From Tubiluchus corallicola (Eukaryota; Animalia; Priapulida), in NCBI GenBank assembly GCA_030141605.1, contig JAQGDQ010000407.1, positions 126,942-190,941 on the forward strand: a stretch of 64,000 nucleotides of DNA, in the 5' to 3' direction. A program made the position numbers and the translations under genes. The notes under the pieces are model-generated. The model was given only the letters and a program-made list of their open reading frames with translations, had not been told where the DNA came from and did no database searches. This document shows, piece by piece, positions 52,957 through 64,000 of this stretch. How positions within the stretch are numbered: the stretch's first letter is position 1; every line of letters starts with the position of its first letter.

Positions 52957-54197
52957 AACTAATGATCGCGATGGCTATAGCTGCTGCAGCTGTGGCGACA
53001 GTGAAGATAACCACATTGACATGTTATATCAGAATAATAGGACCATCAGTAGCGGCAGCTGCAACAATGATGGTAACAGCAAAGGTGGCAATAATAATAA
53101 AGGAATTAACAATTTTCGCGTCTCCCTACTTTAATGCTTTGTTCGGGTCTCAACGGGCTTAAGGTTTTGTTAAAGCATGTTAATTACTTAATAACTTAAT
53201 TAACGCCACGTACTAAATACGTGCCATACGAGCTACAGGACACAAACTAACCTAAATCCGTTCCAGTTCTGGCAGTTCACTAAAAAAATTAACTGAATAT
53301 AATAAATTTCAATAATTTCTAGTTAGGCATGCGTATCTACGTAGATAATCATAACCCGTTTTCCAGTTTTACTTTTCAAAGCGGTGATGACAGCAATACG
53401 ATTTATGATTTATGGTAGTTAGTGAGTTACTAACTACCTTACTAAATCTGTCCCAGATCTTATGTTTTAATTTACAAGGGTTTATGACCAAACTCCTCAC
53501 AGTTTTTAACTATTTGTGACCTGATTCACATTACTGCTGCGCAATCTAGGCTGTGCTAAAGATAAAGTGATCATATCTAATTATCTAAAGAAAAACTCCA
53601 TGTTCTCAATAGCAACCAACCAAAGTTTATATTATTTCAATCAAGAGCTACTTAATGATATTTTCTCCTTATTACACAGTGATAATTGGGGTAACTTGTA
53701 ATACTTAATACATTTATTGGTAAAATATATGTAAAAAGCGCAATGTGCAATGTACACTATGCAATGTGCCTATACTATGCACAGAAATCATGAATTGACT
53801 AAACAGCCATTTCCTTGAAGTTCATCTTTAGTTATAATTACAGACATTTTCTAAGCCACAACAATTAGTAGTTTAGATTTTATTAAACGTTACCATCTAC
53901 ATAACTTCTTTTGAAGCGGCAGATTCTGTCTCTCACGTCTTTTTATGTCCTACTCATAAAATCGGCAGGTGGGAGTCTGTAGGTGTTTTCTATTTTCCTT
54001 CGCTCCCTGTTCACGGCATTCATCTTCGTTCAGTTTGCAGGTTCTCTGCTGTTATCGTTTCTGTAGGCTTTTGATTAACAGAAAAAGCGGCAAAATACTA
54101 TGTGAACAACGGGGAACGTGCGTACAAAATGCACGTGGGCAATGAAGCTAATTTTATCGTTAGAATTATTTTGCAAACCCAGTATAAATTATGATGC

Positions 54198-54607
54198 AAG
54201 TACAAATGTTTTGGTCCATTACCCCTTCTCAAGGTAGTATATGCATTGGAAGCCACAATATATTAGACTGTAGTTCAACAAGCTACAGACTACTTTTTCT
54301 ACTCTGACATTGTATAGGTTGAACTTGTCATGTACACACGTCTCTGTTATATTTAAAATTTGACTTATAATTATACTGCTACCTTTTACTGACTCTGGCT
54401 TTTTCTCGACTCAATATTGGACCAACAATGTATGTATGCATTTTAGCTTTTTAGTGTAACGTAGTAATCTGTAGCACTTATTTTCTTGCACTTATTTCAG
54501 TAGATTTGTAGATGTAGTAATTGTAGACTACAGAAAATTTGTATTTTTGCAGAATAAACTAACATAGATATGAGAACGCAACTTTGGTTTGAGCGTATAC
54601 ATTACAA
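54198..54607 (-). repeat. Dispersed repeat family B, copy 2
   Basis: Reverse complement of 24947-25312 with a small insertion. Confidence 0.85.
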
Positions 54608-55689
54608 ATTACATTCAGTTATAAATTCAAAAATGGTAACATGGCGCTACATTTAACTCAAGTGATTAGCATACTTTGCTCCCAGGACGTGGTGCAACAA
54701 ATTGTTTTGTGTTCCTTCAAAGGGTGATTCCTTCAGTCAACTCAACTACAAGCAAACAAATTCGCAAGGTTTCTTATATATATATATATATGGCAGTAAC
54801 GGTCCCAGATTCGTTGCAAATTCTCTTGCTAAAGCTGTTGCATGAGTTAGTATATTTGTCCACCATAGCTCAGCGTATCCATAGGAAAAGGACGTAAGAA
54901 GGTCGTAAGATTAAGATTAAACCTTTAAAGAATACCATCATACAAACCAATTCATTAGCTTGCCGATAACAAATAGCTGCTTTTTTGGTCAACATCCATT
55001 GTTCAAAAAAACGATACTTTATTTAATATTAGGAAATTGTTGTCTATAACAAATACTAGAATACCTGTCGTAAAGAGAATGATAAATCAGAGGTTCCCAG
55101 GTACGTGCGCTAGGACCCTCGTTGGGAAAAAGGCAGTCGTGCATTACGCGAGGAATTGGGAATCCAAAGTTGCACAATTTGTACTTCCCAGTTGTGGAAA
55201 GTTTTCAATATTCTTGAGTGGGACGTTCAAAGTCAAGTTTGTCGAGTGGTCAAAGGTCAGTTTTGCAAGAATTTGACATCAGACCTCCTTCTAGGGCTTT
55301 AAATAAAAACGGTTGATGCTAACACAGATGATAGAATGTGTTGAGATTCAGTGCAAAATGACGATTGGTTATTTTAAGTGAAGGGACCAAGAATACCTAG
55401 TCCCAAATTTGATGACCTTTTTGCAAATCGTGAGATAATGTGACGATTTTGATATGATAAACACACGTATGTCTGGAGTTTGTGAAGTAGAATTTTGTTC
55501 CTAAGTTTTGACAAAACTTACAAAAAGCCCTGGGTACGCTAAGGCTCAAATCTGGTCTCGTCTAAATCTCTATTAATAAGCTCATTGATAAACTACAGCA
55601 TGTCACCCGTGAAGCGAAAAGAATGAAACCCATAATGTACATCATTAAGAAGATTATTATTATTGTCCAAGAAACGTAACAAATGCTCA

Positions 55690-56090
55690 TTTAGTAGGAA
55701 GACCTTTCTGACGATTAGCCCTCCTAAGACTAATCTGACTAATAAGATAATTTGACGGAAAAGATTTCTCAACGTTGCCTTTACATGCAGGAATAAGAGA
55801 AGCCGGATTCCAGGTAGACGGAAAACAAGCGCCGGTAATGCAGCTATTGGACAACTTAGTCAGCTCAGGAGAGCGATTAAGCTTATACAATTCTGAGAAA
55901 AGCGGCTGACTTCTACCTGTAAGCTTTCCCTAATTCCAAGTTTGAAATATTGCAAACAATTTCTTTAGATGTGAGGATGGGATGGAATCAATGAAAGCTG
56001 GTGTGTTGTCGCTGTTGCTGAATTGTCGCTGAATGAATTGTCGCTGAAACATTAGGCGAGCAGTTTAGCTTTGTGAGGAAAGTAAGGACT
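55690..56090 (-). mobile_element. Degraded LINE (Jockey/CR1-group) RT N-terminal fragment
   Basis: PELTKLSNSCITGACFPSTWNPASLIPACKG..KSFPSNY..ISL resembles the FP..WK.A.V.P..K..NYRPISL motif. Confidence 0.6.
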
Positions 56091-56099
56091 TTGGGCACA

Positions 56100-56410
56100 T
56101 TGAACAATGCTAGGTTAGTAGATATATAGCTGCAAGTTGAACAATGCTAGGTTAGTAGATATATAGCTGCAAGTTGAACCAATGCTAGGTTAGTAGATAT
56201 ATAGCTGCAAGTTGAACAATGCTAGGTTAGTAGATATATAGCTGCAAGTTGAACAATGCTAGGTTAGTAGATATATTACTGCAAGTGGAAGAAATGCTAG
56301 GTTAGTAGATATATAGCTGCAAGTTGAACAATGCTAGGTTAGTAGATATATAGCTGCAAGTTGAAGAAATGGTAGGTTAGTAGATATATAGCTGCAAGTG
56401 GAAGAAATGC
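56100..56410. repeat. 37-bp tandem repeat (TTGAACAATGCTAGGTTAGTAGATATATAGCTGCAAG), ~8 copies
   Basis: Head-to-tail copies without spacers. Confidence 0.95.
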
Positions 56411-59400
56411 GCTCTAAATCACTTCAGCCTCGGAGGCCATATATGGTAGCTCACTGTGATAATTTGATGTGGCATTTTCCTCACAATAAGGGAAAAACGT
56501 CTTGCAAACTTTTCACCACAAGCGCCTTTGATGCAGGTTCGCCTTAAGAGCAGCAAAAGGCGCACCACTGATCCTCTGTAAGGAGCCACTCGCTTTTAAG
56601 GTTGATATTAAACCATTGTGAAAACGCGTTACGCCTGTATTTTACTCCCGAAGAAACTAAGCTGCTATCTTTTACTCTCTCTCTTGAATAGAACACATTG
56701 AATCGTCGATGAATCAGCTTAGTATATAATAAAGACCTATAGAGAAAGGGAAGCTTTTATGATAATTAATAAACTAGATCACTGATTAAAGATACCGTGA
56801 AGATTGGATGCGCGCAAACAAATCAATCTATCCAACGTGGGTTATTTAACAGCTCTTAATTGTTTTGCCAAAGTGAAAGTATATCGCATCTTAATACAAT
56901 TATCGTTGAAGCTGTTACAACCTATTATTGTTGTAATCATCATAGTCCCACCACCACTGTCATCGTCGGGGTTACTGCTGTCGCCGTCATAACTGATAAG
57001 TGATGTTGCAACAGTAAAAGAGAGAAACATTTGTGGCTTCTCCGAGGTCATGTAACGCGTCGGCTTAACTTATCTGACTGTAGCAAAGTGTTACAATGTA
57101 TTTGTTTCTTACTGAAAAGAAAGAATTTTTATCAAAATGATTCAATGTGTTTCGAAATGACAACATTTCATTATCAGTAGATATGCTATCAACTGATCAG
57201 AAAATGTATTTTGAAACGTCTTGAAACAATTTAATATCATTTAATCTGTATTCGCTTCTAAGGTTTACGTGGAAGTAAAAATCTAACGGAGAAAACTTGT
57301 TTCTCAACCAGAACATGAATCTTAGCCATTAGCCGTCAAAGTTAGAAATGATTGCGCATGTCCCAGGTCATCCTAAGTCTTTAAAACCCATCGTCCTAAA
57401 AAACATCATGAGTCAGCCATATGTAGGGTTTACAGTGAGCCTTGCTTAGGCATGGGTGCCTGTCTACGCACCCAAAACACAAGCTAAACTGAACACCCAC
57501 TTGAATATAGACGATTAGAATCTGTTTTATTCTATGCATTCAAAATGTTAATGTGAAAACTTATAATAGATGTTGGTGAGTTTTTGTGTTTGATGAAGCC
57601 CATCGTACTCTACAAACAGTTTAGAAAATGTGAACATTGTAGAGTTAATGCCCGTCAACATTTTTTCTAGCCGCACCATTGATGCAAGGAATTTCTTCCA
57701 GTACCCTGGACTCCTTCGAATTTAATGCAACGATAGCTTTGCTTGTTTTGCAATGTCCGTATTTTTGGTATGATTGTAAATAAATAAATAAACGGATCAT
57801 TGATAGCTCATTCAGTTAAATGACACTCTTCTTGTATGGAAGAGAACTTACTGGTTCAAGTCTTAAATGAGAAACGAGTGTTGACGTCATTCATTTGACG
57901 CCAAACATAAAGTAATTATACCTGCTCCGAGTGGAATAAATAACTCCCCTACTTTGATTAGTGAATTAATAATTCACATTTCGTTAGCATGTTGCAAAGT
58001 AGATAAAAACTCCTGCAGATTATATAGTTCTGCCTTAACGCACATGACAGAATTACTACTTCGTGTATTGCAAACATCAGTCAGTTAAAGAACATGTTGG
58101 CATTACTGCATTATGCATCATTACTGCATGTGCATCCAAGAGACAGCTTAGTGATAATTAAGAGAAAACAGAAGCACAATGATGTAGTTATTACTGGACC
58201 GGCATGTGCAAAAGTTATTATCAATACGCGTTATCACATGGGCTTAGCGTCACGCACGGAGTCCATGGACAATTTTGTCATGTAGATGACAATATTATAC
58301 TTTGAGAAAAGAAAAATGAAGCAAAACTGACACCTTCAAAACAGGAACGTATGTCAGAGAATATTTATAACCTACGTAGGGTAGTTGCGTAACACTGCAA
58401 CCTCGGTCGCACCCTCATTGACGACCAAGCGGCGAGTCAGGCCAATGTACGTGCTGCCCTACAGTATTACATGATTGCCACACCGAATATAGAGAAAAAC
58501 AATGGATACTATCAGGCAAAGTGATAATGTAAATATGTTAGATTATAAATATATAAACTTTTCCAAATGAGCCAATAAAGAGTTGTCAAAAAGCAAAGTT
58601 GCAATTTTCGTCTGTGCATTTAAAGAATTTCTATTGAAAAAATAGAAATAAATGAAGTCTCAGTTCTTAAATCTTATTCGAATTTCTCTCTGTCAGAAAA
58701 TATATAGGTAATTGAGCACTTTAGCAGTTAAAGACGCAATTACCTCATTGCTTCCCATGACGTCCTTACATCCGTGACTATTTACATGTTCGTTTAATTG
58801 GGTCCCACTGTTTAATGTGTTCGATGTACTAAGTTTAGTTACGAAGGTGAATTGAATTTGAATTTGAATTTTAAATTTAAAATTTGAATTTGTGTTTAAA
58901 ATTTGTAATATTTAAGTCTGCAAAAGAAACCAAAATATTTCCTTTAAATAAGCAGCAAACGTTCAGTAGATGAGATCGACCTTGAAGATCGGGAAGAAAA
59001 AGAGATTTAAGAAATTATTATAAGCCTAAGTCAGCATTATTATTAACGAATAATGAATATTGCATGTATTAATGAATGATGGCCCTGTTTCAAATCTTGA
59101 CTGTATTCAACTTTTTCACATTTCCTCGCTTTCAAATTTGGTATCAAAATCAAATTTTGGGTTTGTAAATCAATATTTAGGAAAAATATCACAACGTACA
59201 TTGAGTAAAGACAAGTTATCAATATTTCTTAAAGAGTAGCTAGATACATTCCTGTTCAAGACAGACATTAAATCCTTCAATGTGGTAATATTGAAATTTA
59301 TGAACATTAGCTAAATCAGTACGATAGTGCACTGTAAGCTTAAAAGCATCAAAAATTCTTTCCAGTTTGCAATTTTTGCGTCTTTTTATTCGAATTGCCA

Positions 59401-59879
59401 GAGAAGTATTAGAAATTCGAAAAAGTTGATGAATTTTGCATCAGCAAACCATAGTGGTATCATCATGCCAGTCTGATACAGTTTCATTACAGAGCTTGCT
59501 AGTTTGAAATTCGTACTGAAATTTAGATATAGTTTTAATTTCACCGAGAAAACAATTCTTCGTAATTATTAACCATATTCGTCTCAAGAAGCAGAAAAAA
59601 CTTATATATCTGATAATAAAACAGTTAAACTGGAAAGGCCAGGGCAAAATTGGTTTCACAGTGTGTCAGAACCTTGCTCTTTTCTCGTTCGATTGCTCCA
59701 TCTACATGTACTTTGCAGATTAACTCATCAGGGACGTGAGCCATTATTAAATATTAACAGGTCTGTGTCATTTTAGCATCACTATTAACGGAATACTCCA
59801 ACTTGAAATTAGCGAATAATTATTAGCGCTAGCAGTCGCAGTTTTCAGCCGCACCTACGTTCTTACAAGAAAAAGCTTA

Positions 59880-61165
59880 TTGTTCGATTTGTATTGTTGT
59901 GTTGTTGTTTGTGTTGTTCGATCGTATTGTTGTGTTGTTGTTTGTGTTGGTCGATCGTATTGTTGTGTTGTTGTTTGTGTTTTTCGATCGTATTGTTGTG
60001 TTGTTGTTTGTGTTTTTCGATCGTATTGTTGTGTTGTTGTTTGTGTTGTTCGATCGTATTGTTGTGTTTTTCGATAGTATTGTTGTGTTGTTGTTTGTGT
60101 TTTTCGATCGTATTGTTGTGTTGTTGTTTGTGTTTTTCGATCGTATTGTTGTGTTGTTGTTTGTGTTGTTCGATCGTATTGTTGTGTTGGTCGATCGTAT
60201 CGTTGTGTTGTTGTTTGTGTTTTTCGATCATATTGTTGTGTTGTTGATTGTGTTTTTCGATAGTATTGTTGTGTTGTTGTTTGTGTTTTTCGATCGTATT
60301 GTTGTGTTGTTGTTTGTGTTTTTCGATCGTATTGTTGTGTTGTTGTTTGTGTTTTTCGATCGTATTGTTGTGTTGTTGTTTGTGTTTTTCGATCGTATTG
60401 TTGTGTTGTTGTTTGTGTTGTTCGATCGTATTGTTGTGTTGTTGTTTGTGTTGTTCGATCGTATTGTTGTGTTGTTGTTTGTGTTTTTCGATCGTATTGT
60501 TGTGTTGTTGTTTGTGTTTTTCGATCGTATTTTTGTGTTGTTGTTTGTGTTTTTCGATCGTATTGTTGTGTTGTTGTTTGTGTTGTTCGATCGTATTGTT
60601 GTGTTGTTGTTTGTGTTGGTCGATCGTATCGTTGTGTTGTTGTTTGTGTTGGTCGATCGTATTGTTCTGTTGTTGTTTATGTTGTTCGATCGTATTGTTG
60701 TGTTGTTGTTTGTGTTTTTCGATAGTATTGTTGTGTTGTTGTTTGTGTTTTTCGATCGTATTGTTGTGTTGTTGTTTGTGTTTTTCGATCGTATTGTTGT
60801 GTTGTTGTTTGTGTTGTTCGATCGTATTGTTGTGTTGTTGTTTGTGTTGTTCGATCGTATTGTTGTGTTGTTGTTTGTGTTTTTCGATCGTATTGTTGTG
60901 TTGTTGTTTGTGTTGTTCGATCGTATTGTTGTGTTGTTGTTTGTTTTTCGATCGTATTTTTGTGTTGTTGTTTGTGTTTTTCGATCGTATTGTTGTGTTG
61001 TTGTTTGTGTTGTTCAATCGTATTGTTGTGTTGTTGTTTGTGTTGGTCGATCGTATCGTTGTGTTGTTCGATCGTATTGTTGTGTTGTTGTTCGATCGTA
61101 TTGTTCTGTTGTTGTTTATGTTGTTCGATCGTATTGTTGTGTTGTTGTTTGTGTTGTTCGATCGG
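59880..61165. repeat. 33-bp minisatellite (TCGATCGTATTGTTGTGTTGTTGTTTGTGTTKT), ~38 copies
   Basis: Tandem units, each with a CGATCG palindrome; explains the stop-free HNNTIEKHKQQ ORFs. Confidence 0.96.
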
Positions 61166-63911
61166 TGTTCGATTTGTCACTTATTAGGTGATAACAAGCG
61201 TTTACCATCTTTCCCAAAACCGAGTATCTTTAGCTGGCGCTCTGACGTAAATACGCAATGAAGAGTGAGGTCTGGAATTCTCCCAGGAACGATGGTTATT
61301 GCATAAATTCGAGGTGCGAGTGCAAGATATGGTCTACCACCCATTAACTATGCATGCAACGTGCACTGGGCTTTTACACTAATATTATTGCTTCTTCCTG
61401 GTCACGGCACGCCTTCACCATTTACGCATGTATTTTTAATGCATCTCACTCCTAGTTGTCGTGTTTCATCAAACACTGACTCGAGTTAGAAAAATTGTGG
61501 GACAGCAAAACACATAATGCAGATGCATTTTAACCCATGACTGAAATTTTCGTTTATTTCCTTGTTGATTCACAATGATAAAATTTTGTGTCGCAGCCAT
61601 GTTGCCATACTAAGTTTAATGAGAAGCCACTTCATGTTAAACTACAATAACTTAATTATAAGTGACTGAAGCTTAAAGCATGATGCGGTTTAATAATTAG
61701 GACTGCGCTTTAGCTAAGGGATCAAACTAAATTTTGCTGGGAGAAGTAAAATGATACTGTCTTTGATAATACAGAATGGAAAAACATTTTTGCTGTGGCA
61801 AAAACAGAATTCACCAGCGTCTGGTCTTACATGATCATTTGTTTGCTCGTTCGTTCGTCAATTTGGTCGGTCGGTCGGTCATTCTTTCCTTTGTGTGTTC
61901 GTTTGTTGTTGTGAAGCACTCAGAGGTGAAACATCATACATCAACCATGTACAATCAATCATCGATACACAAACTTTCATTTAGCAATTTTTAAGTGTGT
62001 TCAGACTACTACTTTAGCCACTATGGTGTAATAATGATTTCAACTACATTAGCCACTACTTGCACGACACTTTTGCTGTTATTATTAGACGTGCGTAATA
62101 AAAGTAGAAACTGCAATAATACCTAATTTAATATAGTGCAGGAACTATGTTATGGGAATTTGGTGATATTTACAAACATACAGAGTAAGTGACAGTAGAG
62201 CTGCAATATAAACTCTGACTGGCAACGTAAACATTTTGAAATCATTTAATCTCGTTTATTGACTTGTGGTTGGCTCTCGGACTTACAAATATACAAGGTT
62301 GATCAAAACTCATTCTTGGGCAAGGAAAATATTATAAGATATGAACATGGTATGAACATGACATTGTTTAAAAGAAGTCCTTAAAAAGGTTTTCGATATT
62401 TCGAATGGTTCATCGCGCCATTTAGAAATAGCAAAAAGTCGAAAATGTTTTAGGACGTTTATAATAGTATACTGAACGCGGACATGATTCATATTCCATT
62501 TTAAGGGTTTGGAGGTATTATATCATAAGGTAGTAAAAGTTTTGTTAGGAGTTTACACCTAATGAACTGGTTCTTAATGAGACTGGAATGTCCAGTTTGA
62601 ACATGACGATTTTACAAAAACGCAAACAGTTTTTGTAATATGTACAATGTACATGTGATGCGATTTTGCAGTGTTTTTATTTTTATTTTTACAATAACTA
62701 CACTTAGAAAGCTAGGCTCATGCACAAATCAATATAAAGCGAATCAGCTTATAATTGGCAAGACGATTACGAACAACAATCTTTAAATAATCAGATTAAT
62801 TATATACTAATTTTTATATTATATGGAAATTGCATTCCACAATATTTTTGAACGACAATAGTTTCACTAACAGCAAACTCGCAATGAATTTGCGAATGTT
62901 TATTAACCTGTCTCAAGTTCTGCCATAAAGAAGTCGGTACTGATTTGTTTAGGAACAGAAATGCAGAAATATGAAAACTTTACAGTTAAAGCGTGGAAAC
63001 TAAGACACATTATAAGGGTAAATGTGTATCAAGGGCAATAGTAAACTAGTACTTTTTCAGTGTCACAGGCTTTCAAAAAGCAGGATTTATGACATATGCA
63101 TAAGAGAAGTTATATGCTGACAGAAGGTTATGAAATGTCATTTAGCTTAAAGAAAAAAGGTGCTCTTCCATGTGTTACAAGTGCATACCAGTTTGAAAAA
63201 GATCATTTTACAAAAACGCAAACAGTTTTCTGATAAAAACTTACACTCCCTTGGGTTCGAGGAGCATCTTGCTTTTGCTTTCAATTCGGTAAACGCGCTG
63301 TGTTCTAGGTAAAAAACCATTTTACAGCTTTTAACACGTATCAAAAAGCGACCAAGAATTTTTGAACAATTGTATTAAAGGAAAAGCACAAACAAAATGC
63401 GATAAACTCTACTTACGTTAAGCAGAATGCTGGCGTTGGTTCACTGACCAATTTATTTTGCAAATTTGCCAGATTCGTTAAAAATTAAATCCAGTCGTTT
63501 GATGCTCTTGTCTCATCGCGTAAAACTTGAGACAGGAAGGTGGCTCAGCCCTGTATTTGTAAGTACCTAGAATCTTAAGAATGTGAAACTTAAGTGCAGA
63601 AGATGAGGAGTACGTACTTTTGACGTGCAAGGAAACGAAATGTATAACAAACAAATGTAACGTGACTTTAAATACTTGGAATGACTTTTCAAATCTTGAA
63701 AGTGAAGTGTTAACTAAATTTGCTAATGGCTTTTCAGCTGAATTTTTCGGCATTAGTACTAATTTTTAAGGTTCATATCTGTATCTCTGGACTTAGCGAG
63801 AATATCTGTTTTCGTAGACTATTGCTGAAATGATTACTGTTATAAGTTATAACATAATAAGATGGCGAATAATAACATGGCGCTGGTCATATTTAATGAA
63901 ACAATAAACTA

Positions 63912-64000
63912 TTACCATTACCACTACCACTACCACTACCAGCACCACTACCACTACCACTACCACTACTACTACTACGAACACCACCACCACTGCCACT
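63912..64000. repeat. (CCACTA/CTA)n microsatellite running off the window
   Basis: Visible run. Confidence 0.85.

Noticed and set aside
56100-56410. CRISPR-like 37-bp repeats
   Set aside because: No unique spacers, no cas genes, eukaryotic context.
59863-61261. 384-430 aa ORFs as real genes
   Set aside because: Entirely explained by a stop-free 33-bp tandem repeat.

Overview
AT-rich, intron-rich animal (invertebrate bilaterian-like) genomic DNA with four spliced protein-coding genes, reconstructed by hand from GT-AG sites and exon phases. (1) The 5' end of a prominin gene (minus strand, running off the left edge). (2) A 7-exon secreted, degenerate pentraxin/LamG-fold gene (plus, 5665-12438). 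(3) A 7-exon gene for a two-TM protein with a complete extracellular NIT (nitrate/nitrite-sensing) domain and no visible guanylate-cyclase domain (plus, 17941-27953). (4) The last coding exon of a pedal-peptide/orcokinin-type neuropeptide precursor with 8 xFD[S/T/I]LGGxHLF peptides (minus, 39657-40328). The rest is repeats: a 5S-rRNA-headed SINE with a clean TSD, an internally deleted RTE element, several hAT, Kolobok-like and Harbinger-like MITEs, LINE fragments, minisatellites and microsatellites. The most interesting signal is the apparently cyclase-less NIT receptor. No database searches were run, so family assignments rest on recognised motifs.
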